A DNA stretch of 64,000 bases from NCBI GenBank assembly GCA_904063045.1, contig CAJFCJ010000018.1, positions 434,001 to 498,000 on the forward strand. Direction: 5' to 3'. Under the pieces are notes generated by a model. The model was not told the origin of the DNA. It saw nothing but the letters and a program-made list of their open reading frames with translations, and did not search any database. Origin of the DNA: Dimorphilus gyrociliatus. Taxonomy: Eukaryota > Animalia > Annelida. Positions 1-13,200 of this stretch are shown one piece after another (the first letter of the stretch is position 1; every line of letters starts with the position of its first letter). The translations under genes were made by a program, and so were the position numbers.

Positions 1-1358
1 CAACGTATTATTGATGACCTTCGTTTTATATTTTTGAGCGCCAACATAAATATTACAATATGGATCAGATTTGCCTTTGCCTACTAAATTAAAATCTGCT
101 TTTTTCAAGTCTCGAGCTTCATAAACATGTAAACGAATGACTCCTTGTGGAACTGGATACTTGAGTTTATTGAGATCGATACCGTGTCCGAGAGATATGG
201 AATATTTGTTGGGATTCACTAAGTAGTAAGCAAGTTGGTCTTCTAATACAGATCTTATTGTATCGCTACATTGATAAAAATAAATTAACATAGTAAATAA
301 CTCAATACAAGCTCATTACTTTAGAAGGGGAAAGTCCAAAAGATTTGCAACATTTGTTAAGTCGAAGTCAACTGTCTTTATAAAAAAAAATATATGGCAT
401 TTAAAAACGTAATATAAGGAAAACAAACTGGTCGAGTTGTGAAAAAAACACTTAAACCACCAATCAGAGGAACTTTGCCAATTAGTGGACTGAAAAGACA
501 TCTCAGCTGACCATGCACTTGGAGATTCTTTATACCGGCCTGAAATCCTTTTATGGTCACTTTTATTTCGGAATCGCTTGTGAAACTGAAAATAAACTGG
601 ATAGATATGAATAGTCCATTGTTCAAGAAAATACTTGATTTCCATGTCAAGAATTATTTCATCTCGTCGTACATGATCCGTATAAACTTTTATGCCACCT
701 ATTCTGGGGGGTGTATCTCCTACGTCAACCCTTTCAAAACGAAAAGGCTTCAATGACTTTGGTAGCGAGTTACTAATGGAAGGTTCTATAGTATTTTTTA
801 TCAGATCTTGAACGTATTCCCCAATGAATGGCCACATCTGTTTGATCATCTAGACAATATTCATAAAATGAAATTTTTTATTTGAAAGTACCAGCTGTTT
901 TATTATATATAGGCAGGCCAAAGGTAATATATTTTGTATTTACATACCTTATTTAACCACTCCGCCCTTTCTACATCGGGAAAAAATACCTACAAATATG
1001 ATTATTTAAATTATTGTATTATGAAAGGTTCACAAAAACTTAAGGAGTAACTTTTTACCCAAGAGGGTAGCTCGTCCAATCTATTTGTTATAGCTGCTCT
1101 TTCATCCCGCACAGCCTGCTTCGCATATTCCAAACGAATTTCATTTTTTCTTGTGTATTCCTGGTGAGCCATATAAAAAAACAAGCCAAGCAAGATCCAA
1201 CTCGTAGAAAACTGCATATAGCCTGCAAACCATGTCCCTAAGAGGACGCCCGACATTTTGAAATACTTTTTCAAAAGCGTCAGCAGCCTAGGTGGTTCGA
1301 AGGATGTCTTCTTCTCTGTTACAGATTTTTCTTCCTTTACCTCACTTGAACTATCCAT
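1..1358 (-). CDS. ESYT: Extended synaptotagmin (SMP + C2 domains), spliced, 3' end runs off the window
   Basis: ATG at 1358 (MDSSSEVKEEK), then a hydrophobic hairpin. ELPSW|VFFPDVERAEWLNK|MIKQMWP joins across GT-AG introns. SMP domain follows, and the C2 start YPVPQGVIRLHVYEARDLKKAD lies near 100-170. Confidence 0.93.
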
Positions 1359-1956
1359 TCTCGAAACAAGCGTTGCCGTCAAACTTTTCAATACAATGGG
1401 ATACTAAAAAGTTTAAAGAGTTTTGACTAATTATATGCTGACTCTTTAAGATCTCAATTAAAAGTTTGAAAATGGTATTCAAACAAATATTTAAGTCGCC
1501 ATTTTTGAATTATCATTTAGTCCACAGTATCGAGTATGCGTACCTGTCAGATGTCACCACTATTCATATTTTCATAAGGCCTATAAATGATAATATTCTT
1601 GTTGAGTTAACACTTAGATACCGAATTTGCCACTGTAGAACTTATAATAGTTCAAAAGAGTGACACAGTTTACATCGTAAATTACTAATTTACGCCGTCC
1701 TTTCGACAATAATATTTAATCATCTATTTGTTTTTATTCAATAATCAGTTTCATAAAAAGTAGAGAGCATAGACTTTAGAAAACATTTTTTAAATGCCTA
1801 TTTCATTTTGAATCTAGGATTACAAAAAGATATGAGAAGATTTCTCTTCGTAACCGATAAATATATACAATTTTTCGCATGATTCCTTGTTGACGTTAAA
1901 TTGTTCTGTATAGGCCCAATAAGAGTGCTTCAATAGCAAATCTTGGAAATCATGGA

Positions 1957-1968
1957 TAATCTGGCTTA
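1957..1968 (+). promoter_or_regulatory. Inverted pair of K50-homeodomain (Otx/Crx-type) sites upstream of opsin
   Basis: TAATCT-GGCTTA about 75 nt before the opsin ATG, plus GGATTA at 1817-1822. Motif match only. Confidence 0.3.
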
Positions 1969-2039
1969 ACTTAATAAGAGACACGCCCTCCGCATAGAAT
2001 AAAAGCAAAACTTTTTTGTGAATTTTAACACACTTCACT

Positions 2040-3286
2040 ATGCTTGCTTCAAATAAAAGTTGGGCACGTAATTTTTTTTCTGGACAACAAGGGCTTGAAG
2101 TTCATCCATTCTGGCACAAATATGACATTCCCGGAATAAATCCAGCCTATCACTATGGTTTAGGCACTTATATTGGTTTCGTTTGTGTCCTGGGCACTTT
2201 GGGTAATTTGTTAGTTCTCTACCTTTTTACTGTGTAAGTTTGAATAGCTTTGATTAGGTTAATTCTAAAGATTTTTATTAATTGCCTCACAGAACCAAAA
2301 GTCTTCGCTCTCCCTCAAATTTGTTTATTCTTTCGTTAGCGCTAAGCGATGCGACTTTTTCAGCTATCAACGGTTTCCCGCTTTTAACAATATCTTCCTT
2401 TTATCGAAAATGGATATTTGGGAAGTTAGCATGTGAACTTTATTCAATGATAGGAGGTATATGCGGATTTGCGTCAATAAATGCTGTTGCTTTTATTGCT
2501 TTTGATCGATTTTTCGTAATTGCTTATCCATTTGATGCAATGAAAAAAATGACGAAAAAGAGAGCAATTCTTCAAATACTATTTTTATGGGCTTACTCAA
2601 TAGCATGGGCGCTTCCGCCAATGTTTGGCTGGGGAGCTTTCATTCCAGAAGGATTTCAAACAAGTTGCTCTTTCGACTATCTAACATTAACTTTGAATAA
2701 TGTACGTTAATGTAATTTTGGTTCAAGATAGTAATTCTATATTTTTCAGATTAGCTATGTATTTGCAATGTTCACATTTGCTTTCATCTTGCCGGTTCTT
2801 GTCATAATAATCTGCTACATTAACATAGTCCGGGCCGTCTCCAGCCAAGCTAAAACTATGTCAAAAACAGCAGAAAAAATGGGAGCAAAAACAACTAAGG
2901 ATGATCATAAACAAGAAATTCGGTTAGCAAAAATAGCTGCAGGAACTTTTACATTATTTCTCCTTTCGTGGTCACCTTATGCAATTGTTACTATTGGAGG
3001 AATGGCAGGTTTTCCCTGGCTAATAACCCCTTTTTCTTGTGAATTACCTGTAATGTTTGCCAAAATGTCGGCAGTTTATAACCCTTTACTTTATGCCCTA
3101 TCTCATCCTAAATTCAGAGCAGCTCTAAACGACAAAGTACCCTGGCTAACCATTTGCTGCCCAGCCATAGAGACTGCAGCAAAGAGTAGTCGATCTGGAA
3201 TAAAATCTACAACTGCAAAGCAGTCAAACGATTCTTCAACAGCAGTTGAGATGGAAACTGTTGTAGCTTCGACTGTCACAGCTTAG
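2040..3286 (+). CDS. Rhabdomeric (Gq-coupled) opsin, 3 exons (2040-2233, 2293-2701, 2750-3286)
   Basis: 7TM protein with retinal-binding Lys in FAKMSAVYNP, the r-opsin HPK motif (LSHPKFR), E181 counterion in PEGFQTSC and DRF. Both introns are phase-consistent. Confidence 0.97.
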
Positions 3287-3382
3287 CGATATTGATTCGT
3301 AAAACTCTCAAAAAGTATGAATTTTGTGATGACCATTCTAAGGGAAAGTAAACAAAAGTCAAATACCTTTGAGGGTACTTTA

Positions 3383-4762
3383 TTAACTAGACAGGTTCAT
3401 GCACTTTATGTATACGCCACTGAAGTCTTTATTAATATTCAAATTAACGAAATATCGAAAGTCCAAATCTTTGCCTAGAATTATTAAAATGTGCACAATT
3501 TTATCGAATATGTCTGATTCCATTTGAGTATCAAAGTTAAATTTTTTCATTGTAATATTATACAATAAAGCATTGATTTCTCTATGAATAAACTTTCGCC
3601 GATGCATAATACGCTTGGGTGCCCACTTGATAATTTCTATTAGAAGATCCAATCCAATTTTCACTATATTCTCATTAGGAGACTGAAAAAGTTCAAACAA
3701 TAATTCCAATAGTCCTGTCAAATGTCTTACAACAGACAGTCCCAATGAAGGTATAAAAGAAATGATTGTTTCAATCAAGTCACTTCGTTCCAAAATTTTG
3801 TTTTCAAGATACGAATCAAGAATCAGTTTTGAAAATACATCATCCCATCGACCAGGAAATCTTAAGCTGTCTTGATAATATGGTGAAGGTTCCAAGATTT
3901 CCAGATTTAGTTTTATGATTGGATATAATTTTCGTATAATTAATGAAGTTTTCAAATGAGTTTTTTTTTCAAGGGCATCAAAGATGACATATATATACTT
4001 AGATTGCCAGAGGTCAAACCTCTTAGAATTTTCCAAAATCCTTCTAATACAGTTCAATCCCATGATAATGTTTTCAGTTTTAAAATCATCAACAAACAGT
4101 AGTGAAGGAGTTACTAAAACTTCAAGATCATCATGGAATACATTAAGAAAAGAATGCTCAATAAAATATTCAAAAATAACACAATAACCATAATTTTTTC
4201 TCCAACTAGACCGTGTAATTTTTAACTTGAACATTTCAAGAAATTTATTCAGAATTGGCTTTTTGTTGATAACAACCGATATAGAGGAAGTCTTGTAATA
4301 GAGCAAGATAGAGTGAATAATGTTGTCGAATGATGATATTGTATCGTTCACAGGAGTAATCGTCTTCGAAAGATAAATGGTCAAAGTCAGAGTTAAATAT
4401 ATGGAAATGCTTTTTCCCTCCATATTGCAAACTCTGTTTTCTAACAAGAGATATGTGCTGACAATCTTCTCTAAAGATTTCCAAATGAAAGCTCTCTCCT
4501 GAACTGTTTGAGCGACATATTTTTAAATATTTCATATTTAATAATATAAGCTACCTGTTAAGAAATTAAATTGTACATGATCCAATTCATCAGTGTTTGT
4601 GACACAACAATAGTCAATGAGCACTTGTAAATTTTTCTCCATGACGTTATCGCTAATACTAAAATTATTTATTCAGTATGATGCAAGCAGACTTTTATTC
4701 ACTTACTTTTCAGATTTCATCAATTTTTCAATAAGAGGCGCAATTGTTTTGAATGTCTTCAT
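3383..4762 (-). CDS. TTI2: TELO2-interacting protein 2 (TTT complex), HEAT-like; 5' exons approximate
   Basis: 354-aa terminal ORF with PSLLFVDDFKTENIIMGLNCIRRIL, as I recall for the Tti2 family. Upstream small exons start MKTFKTIAPLIEKLMK at 4762. Confidence 0.7.
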
Positions 4763-5131
4763 GTTAAAATACAAGATAATATTAAAAAAACTATATATTT
4801 GAGAAAAAAATTCCAGTTGCGTTTTATTTATCTTAAAAATCTGTGATCAATTTAATATTTAGAAAAACTCTAGTCCGTTATAGTATGACACACTAATGTC
4901 GTCTGCACAGATATTCGACTTCAACCATATTATATGGATCAGGTAACCTGTTTACAAAAGGGCTTGGAATATTTTAAAATTATATTCGTGGCTATCAATT
5001 AACGTAATTTATATTTAAAATTTCCATTGGTAATATTTTTGCAAAAACCGAAATAATAAAACGTCTTCACTTTTAAATACCGGAAACAGCATAAAATTTA
5101 CGAATTATATGCGCGACTTCCAAAAATTCGA

Positions 5132-5160
5132 CCAATCAGCGAGCAAGCTGACATTTTGAA
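5132..5160 (+). promoter_or_regulatory. CCAAT box plus CHR-like TTTGAA element in the TTI2/PRC1 divergent promoter
   Basis: CCAAT at 5132-5136 and TTTGAA at 5155-5160, about 80 nt before the PRC1 ATG. This is the typical layout of G2/M gene promoters. Confidence 0.4.
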
Positions 5161-5237
5161 ATAAACGACGGCGAAGTCCTCAATTTCACAAGAGAACGTT
5201 TTCATGAATTCTACTTGATAATCTGTACTTTAAACTT

Positions 5238-8140
5238 ATGGATTGTGATCAGTAAGTAAAATAATGAAGTAAATTTATTGCTATTGCTTAAGCCTGTTCT
5301 TACAGAGAAGTAGCTGTCGTGATAGACGCCAGCAAAATTAAGGTGTCGGAAGGCATATCACTACTAAGTGAAATATGGAAAGATATTGGAATTAGTGGTT
5401 CTATCAGAACAGAAAGATTGAAGGTTTATACACATTTTACAATTGACAATAGCACTTTCTTACTGTTTTTAGGCCGTGAAAAATCATATTGTTAATATAG
5501 TCGATGAGATGACTAGAGAGGAAAGTGAATTACGAGATAAGCTTTTGAAAAATGTAGAAAAGTTGACGAATGAAGTACAAGATTTAAATAAGGAGCTAGA
5601 TCTTGAAATAGTGACTCCGTCAGAAGAATTAACAATTCTCCAAGTAGGCGCTATGTTTTTAGAATTGATATTTTGTTATTATTATTATTAAATAGTTGGA
5701 AAAAGAACTCAGAAGAAAGAGGGATGATTTGGGAAAAATAAAGCAACAACGAATGAAAGTTGCAGAAGAGCTTAAAGAAGAGGATCAAAAGTATTGCAAT
5801 ATGCTTGTGGTAAGTTTATACCCAAACTAGATGGAATATTAATAACGTGTATGACAGACTACTCCCTACTACCTACCATCCAATTCTATACCGACATTGA
5901 ACCAACTAGAAGAGCTGGAGCAACACATCAAAAAGTCAAAAATCGACTACGATCAAAGACTGGCTACTTTTCAAGATTATCGCTCTAACATAAAAAAGCT
6001 TTTGGACATTTTAGAAATAACCGCAAATGATAGCTTCCAAAGTGAAATAATTAATGAAGATGTATCTGAGTTTTGCTTGTCCAGAGAAAACCTTCAACGT
6101 GTTCATCGGTTAGTAGATTACTACCAAGTGTTTATTCAATTGAAGTAATTTAAAATTGTACTTCAGACTGGAATTAGATTTGGAAAACCAAAAACAATCC
6201 AATATAAAACAAGCAAAGAATCTTCGCGAAAAATTGGAAAGTTTGTGGAATCGTTTGCAAATAGGAGAAGAGGAACGTGGAAGGTTTTGCTCTTTCCATA
6301 CTGGATTTAAACCATCCACTTTAGTGGCAGTAAGTATTGCGGAGAACAAAAAAACATAAAAAGCTAATGGAATACTTTCCCTCATTTAAACTTTCAAGTT
6401 AAGAAAGGAAATAGACAAATATGAAATTCTTAAAAAAGAAAATGTATCCAAAGTTATAGAAGCCACAAGAAGTGAACTAGAAAAATGGTGGGAGAAATGC
6501 TTCTACTCACAGCAACAAAAATCTTCTTTTGAAGAATTTTTTAGCAGTAAGTTATTTAAGTTATATTACCAATTTATATTTTAAATATTTTTACAGTTGA
6601 CTTCACCGAAGAAGTGCTGGAGAGGCATGAAAAAGAGCTAGAAAAGGTCAAAACATTTTATCAAGAAAATGAGTTTATTTTTCAGCAGGTGTTTATTGAT
6701 AACTAAGAAAATTTATACACTTAATTCAAGTTTAATTAAACTTAGATCCACCAATATCAAGCAATGTGGTGGGAGTATCTTGAGTATGAGAGAAGGGCTC
6801 AGGATCCTAATAGATACAACAACAGAGGTGGAAAAATACTCAAAGAGGAAAAGCATCGTAAAAAATTAGAGAAGGAACTACCGAAACTTGAAAATAAATT
6901 ACTGTCAGATGTATCAGAATGGGAATTAAAAATTGGAAAGAATATTCTAGTGGAAGGCGTCCGATTTGTTGACTTTGTTCATATTCAAAAGGAGAATTAT
7001 GAACTGCAAAAACAGAAAGAAAAGGATATAAGAGTGAGAATATTACAGTTTTTTCATTATTTTATGATTTACTGATAATTTTAGAAACAGCAAAAAGAAA
7101 AGGAAATGGAAAAAGAAATGAGATATGGAAGTAAGCCAACCGTAGCCCCAGGGAAGAGGCGTTTTATGGGAACGACAACTCTTGCAACAAAATCTCCTAA
7201 AATTCGCAAAGTGTGTCCGGTTTGTAATAAGTATTTACTGTCTTGATTTATCGCCAAGTTTTTACATTCATATACTTGGTAATAAGCACATAATTACTAC
7301 CAATGTTAAAAGCACTTGAAAGCTTATATGGCAATGCTTCAAGCCTTATTCATTTGCATGCTACCTTTTGCCTCCGTTTTGTTTAGATATGTGTTATTCT
7401 ATACGTTACAGAAGGACGGTGGCGTTTTGAGCTCCGAAAGCGAAGGTAGCACAGCTGTTTCCATTAAGATGAAACATGTTAGTATAGCATTTATGCTGTG
7501 ATATTACAATGTTTCAAGTATCGGCCTTTGCTTAACCCTGCTTGCTTAATTATAATTTTTGTACTCTGAGGGATCAGTGATTTCTACTTCATCATTTCTA
7601 GTTATCAAAAATAACTCTCTGTTAATGTTTTAACTAAGTTTTTGTTTCCCAATTAACGTTTAAACAGGAAAATGAAACCTATCGTACACCCGGTAGAACA
7701 CCTGGAAGAAGTCAGGCTGCTCTTACACCTTTATCTACAATAAAAGTTAAACCTCGGTTGGGTATTAATTATCCTAATTCACCAATGATTCGAAAGGTAG
7801 AAGAAAACTAATTTGTTTACTGTCTGTCTGTTTGGCTGTTGAATCTACAACCAACTATTGAACAAAAATGTTAAAATCATTTTTTATACAGACACCTTTG
7901 AAAAACACCACAGCCGTAAGAAAAGTTCTTTCAGAAAAAAATTCAGAGATATCCAAACGAAACAATGAGGCCTCTATAGCATCTGTTCCTAATTATGCGG
8001 AGTTTGAGGTGGGTGGGCTTTTGTCCATTGTTTCTTTGTGAAAAGTAAACATTTTTTAATTTTAGGAAGAACTCGCTGAAAAACCTAACTGCCGAAGCAG
8101 CGTAATGCCTGGACATGACAGAAAAGTGGCATACTTGTAA
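5238..8140 (+). CDS. PRC1: Protein regulator of cytokinesis 1 (Ase1/MAP65 family), multi-exon
   Basis: LSEIWKDIGI near the N-terminus, coiled-coil exons, WWEYLEYERRAQDPNRYNNRGGKILKEEKHRKKLEKELPKLE, and ASVPNYAEF near the C-terminus. TAA at 8138-8140. Confidence 0.93.
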
Positions 8141-8595
8141 AACTCATATCAATTCTTTTTGCTTAACTTTTTACTGAATCTTAAATTATATATTCACATT
8201 AATTTAAAGGATTGTTTCATATTATTTTTACCTATGTTTCTGATCATATAAAAGAATTATATACATGTATAGAAAAACATGTCTTACAAACGATTACCTT
8301 GAAAAGTTATTAACTTTGGATTACAAGACTTTCAAAATATAATAATAATAGCAACCGAGGATTGCAAAAAAAATTTAAATAAAGTAACGATTATACTATT
8401 TCTTCAACCAGAAGTGTTATTTCATTAATTGACCTATATTTTGCAAATAGTGTTATAGCATATAGGTTAATCAAAGTGTTTATTATTAAAATATTTATTT
8501 TGAATAAAAGACAGTAAGTTTTTCAAAAATAGAATAAAAATTCTAGAATATTCATCTATCGAAACAAAAAAAAATAAAAAAAACATTTCAAAATT

Positions 8596-9873
8596 TTAAT
8601 ATTGAATAAAATCTCTAACTTTAAATGGATAAAGAGCCTGACTAGGAGCTACCAACCAGCATCGGGATCCTCCACGTGTAGCCAATTTAGCTGGAAAATA
8701 TTTTTCTTTTATAAAAACAGCACCATATGGCTGGTCAAATTGAACACTATTTTCGGAACCCAGGTAATTTTTTTTTGCCTCACCCAATATTCCCCCAATA
8801 TATTCATCCATTTCGTCATGTTCTTCAATGTGAATGTCTAGATGTTCCCTCTTATCAAAATGTTTAGCTAAATTAACTCTTACAACCATAGTTCTGGATG
8901 ATTTTCCTGTTGTTACCATCATAGACTTTTCATCTTTTGATTTGCCCATGCTCAAATGTATGTTGCCCATAACATAACCACCAAAATTGCCCCAAGTCAA
9001 ACTGGTATTAACTACTTTATCTGTTGTTATCATTACAACATTGTTTGCAGATCTTACTGAGACTGCATGAAAATATCTGTCATCTAAAACATGCGCAGAA
9101 ACAGACCAACCAGCTTTAGTATCATTTAATAAGATGAGCTCTTCCCCAGCTCTACCAATAATATCAAAACAAAGTGGTAATTTGCTAAGGCTGCCATAAA
9201 CCAAAAAATGAGGATCGCCTTCCGCCCCGGGCACAGATTTACACGATAAAGGCATACAAATGATATCATTTTCTTCATTAGAATCTGTAAATGAACTTTT
9301 TAACATTCTTCTGCCAGATTTTAAAGGTACATTTATTCTCTCGCTTTTTATACAGCCGCAAATTTCTAGTTGCTTACTACATTGGGCGGAGGAAATATTT
9401 ATGGTGCATCCCAAAGTCACTGTTTTCACTTGATTAATATTTAGAGATGTAACAGTATCGTCTGAAGAAGACACTTGCCATGACTGTACACTACTGCCCT
9501 CATTTTTAGACACAACCTACAATATAATACAACCTATGAATATAATTTATATGAATATAATTGAAACTAATACTGACGTCAAGTCGAAAAGCAAAATTAT
9601 TTTCAAGTGGTTTAATTGGAGGAGGTATATTTGCATTCCCGTTGTTTCTAATTTTTAAAGCAACTTTAATTTGCACTGGTTGGTCTCTTTCGACTTGCAA
9701 AATCGCCTCAAAGCCAGGCAAAGCTTCCAAACTGACAGCTTCAATATCAGTCAGAACAGTAGCTATATAACAAATTTTCATGAAATCAAAGATCTAATTT
9801 CATAAACATAAAAAAGGGTCTTACCTGAACCAAACGAAATGCAAGCTATAAAAAAGAAAACCAAACCTGTCAT
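8596..9873 (-). CDS. Secreted protein: signal peptide + Ig/CARDB-like domain + ITIH C-terminal-like domain with GDPH; 3 exons (9873-9825, 9762-9578, 9516-8596)
   Basis: Signal peptide MTGLVFFFIACISFGS, phase-consistent introns, then EGDPHFLVY..LPLCFDIIGRAGEELILLND..GWSV, which resembles the inter-alpha-trypsin inhibitor heavy chain C-terminal domain. Confidence 0.8.
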
Positions 9874-10289
9874 GTCTGCGATTAAAATAAATCTAAAGTT
9901 AGCCTCTAATGTACTTAATATATACGAAATATTGAGTACTGTGCTAGCTTCAGACTGAGTAATTTTTGACATTATTCAAAACAACAAACGAAAAATGTCC
10001 AAAAAAAACTAAATATAGAGAGCAACTCTTTAACTCTATAATATATTGGAATGAAGTCGCCAAGAAATTGAATTTTTTGGAATATGTAAATATTTTTAAA
10101 GCAAAAAAAATCAGCCATTTTGCATTGTTTTAAAACTAGAGTTTAAGTTTACAAGTGCAAAACTTTGTAGTTAAAATAAAAAACACATTTGTCTTCATTT
10201 TAGAAAAAAACCAGGGACAATCATAGCGCGATAAAACGTAAAGCTTGTATTTTATCATATATAGTGTAGTAATTATATATTTGTTAAGA

Positions 10290-13200
10290 TCAGTTTTTAC
10301 AACAAATGGTCCAATCATATATTTTTTTCCATATTGTAGACTCCCGATGAAAAACTCCCTCGAATGTTGCTAAAAATACAAAACATTCATATTTTTTACA
10401 CTTCATATAAAAACAGTACCTCCAAAATTTTCATCTTGAAATTGTGCTTCTGGAATCAGTTCTTTAAGTATATCAACCGACTGGTATGATACCTAGAAAA
10501 AAACTAAAAGAAAAGTTCTTAGGAAATATATTGTATATCTTACTGTCGTGAAAAGTTTTTTGTATTTCTTTGGAAATTTTGAATTTGAAACAGACATCCA
10601 AGTATTGCCTTGATCAAAACTAAGAACAAAAGATCTTTGGTTTTTAGAAATTCCATAAATGACACCATTATCATCAATGCCTAGAAATCGATCCAAAGCT
10701 GGTATCGCTGAAAAAATATACACATTGATTTGGTAAAAAACAGATGTAATATTACCTCTCCACTTTAAATTATTTCTAAAATGACAAAAGCCGCGAAAAC
10801 TGAAAGAAAGGGTGATGTTTTTAAGTTTATTTACTAAAAAGACAGTTTATACTTCACAGAATTGCATATATATATGTTGTTATCAATTTTAAGAAATCCT
10901 CTACTAATATTTAGCATGTCGTTGCTAAATTTAGGACAATCGTTGTAAATTACTGTAAAGACGAAAGGGTAAGAAAGTATTCAGATTTCCTAATTAATAT
11001 AAAGATATACTGTTTTGCGGTAGAAAACACCCGAAGACCTTCATTTTTATGGAAAACGTTTTCGTGTAAGCAGTCTTCTCGAACTCAAATTTTATATGTC
11101 TTGATCCTTGAGGGTTCATGATAATTATATCCTGATTTCCATTAGAAACATTTACACTATGAAATTCGCCTTTCATCCAAATTATACCATCCTGACTGTA
11201 ATATATTTTTATGCCTTTTAAGGTATTTGAAACCGAAGTGTCCTTTACATAAACTGATATTTTAGTTATTCGAGTTAAGTTGCGAAAAAAAACAGTCGTA
11301 TACGGTTTTTCTTCTGCCTTTGTTGGAAGAAGTTGATAATCTAAAATGTAAATTCACTAATCGTTTAAAAATACTTCTTTAATATATATTATCTTACCGT
11401 TGAAAATATTTTCTATACTTTTACCAAATGATCCATCAATGCGACAATTATCCTCTGGTATAAATATTTCTGAGGAACAACCAGTAATTTGTTTCGAAAA
11501 AATTGTTACAGTCTTGAAACTTTTTAAGCTAGACAAAAAAATGTTTCCTTCTGCAAAACTACTATTCACTCTTGGGATCATTTGAAACGAAGTTTGTAAT
11601 AATATCGATGTGTTTCTTTTCAAGTATTTCAAATCGTACATTGAATCAAGGACGTCAAAATTGAGATTTAAGTATATATAATCGGTAAAGAATATTCTCT
11701 TATACTAAAAATATTCTAAAATTAGTATAATTTTTAATGGAAAATAATCACCTTTATTTCAATGCCATATCCAAAACTGATATAATTCACGTCTGGAGAA
11801 GAAAAATTTGTGAAGATTATATTCGAAAATTTTAAAATAGGCGGATAAAATATATGTAGAGTAATGTTGACTGCTTCAGCCTGTGAACTGTTTAAGTGTT
11901 TCAAATATACACCTAATGAGATGTTTCGTCTGTAGAAATATGCTGTTTATGAAATGTTTTTTTTTTAAACAATAAGTATATTTACGGATTAAGAAGCTCA
12001 GAAATTGAGTTGGAAGATAACTCGAGTGATAGTTTTGGATTTTCAAAGTTTGTGCGTTTAATGATCAGATGATGTTCCGTTAACTTTATAACAGAGCCAT
12101 ATTTTAAACCCAAGAGTATAGATATCTTTTGCCTATTTTCATTTAAAACGCTATCGGCGCATTGTAATTCGTAAAGTAAGAATATTTCATTATTTTCACT
12201 ATCTGTGTCTTGCTGACGACTACCAGCTCCTGAATTAGAAACTATGCCAAAATCTAGAATCAGCTTGTCGTTTTGAGAATTTTTGTTTGAAGATGTTACG
12301 TTAATATTATGTTCTCCATTATTCGAAATTGAACATCCAATGTTTTTTCCAATTTTCATGATTTTAACCCAGTTAACAGTTGCTGTTGCAGTGTCTGATA
12401 AATTAGTTTTTATATCAGTCACCAAAGAAAACGTTTCATTTTCCGGTAAAGTTATAATAACAGGGAGCAAAAAAATTTCCGAAGGATAGACTGCTTTTGA
12501 CGATTCGTTAACTGATAGAAAATCGTTACAAAGAAACCAGATTTTTTGAAAACAGAAAATGTTTTACCTTTTATTCCACCATTTGGATTACTTGTAGGAT
12601 TTAATGATTGTTGTTTCACTTCCAAGGCTAATTGGGCTAAAAAAAGCTTTTCACTATTTAGTTCAATAGCAGAACTAAACCAAAACTTGTCAGCCGAAGA
12701 GTTTTTTAATATCCTTCCTATTGCTTCCACTTTTATAACATTGTCTTTTTCAAACATAGATATATTTCTACGGCAAACGCGGCCTAATTTCAATTCCACA
12801 ATATCCATTACATTAGAATTGTTCCTGGAAAAATCTGAATATATTTTTGTTTTAACAAAGAACATAAGAAACCTCGATGAAAACTTCGGCTTAATTGCTA
12901 ATCGTTCCAAACAAGGTATATTTTTTCCAACAAATATGATGTGAGCGCTACATATATCTATTATATTAGATATATTAACAGGAGTAATAAATTTAACACT
13001 CAGTTCTTCATCACTAAAGTAAAATTTGTTTTTACACATTTTAATGAAGTACTAATAAATACCTATCAATTTCAGGATATATCTCTAAAATTGTTCTAAA
13101 GCTTTCTCCTCTTTGAATATATTTATCTTCTTCTGTTTCGTTAACAAATCCAGATCGAGTTATTTTATAATTTATTTGAGTTTTTCCCTGGTAATAAATA

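Noticed and set aside
1466-2038. Short ORFs 1466-1663 (+) and 1820-2038 (-) between ESYT and opsin
   Set aside because: Low-complexity AT-rich translations in promoter DNA, with no recognisable family.
7316-7501. 61-aa hydrophobic ORF inside PRC1
   Set aside because: Mostly intron sequence read through into the cassette exon candidate; not an independent gene.
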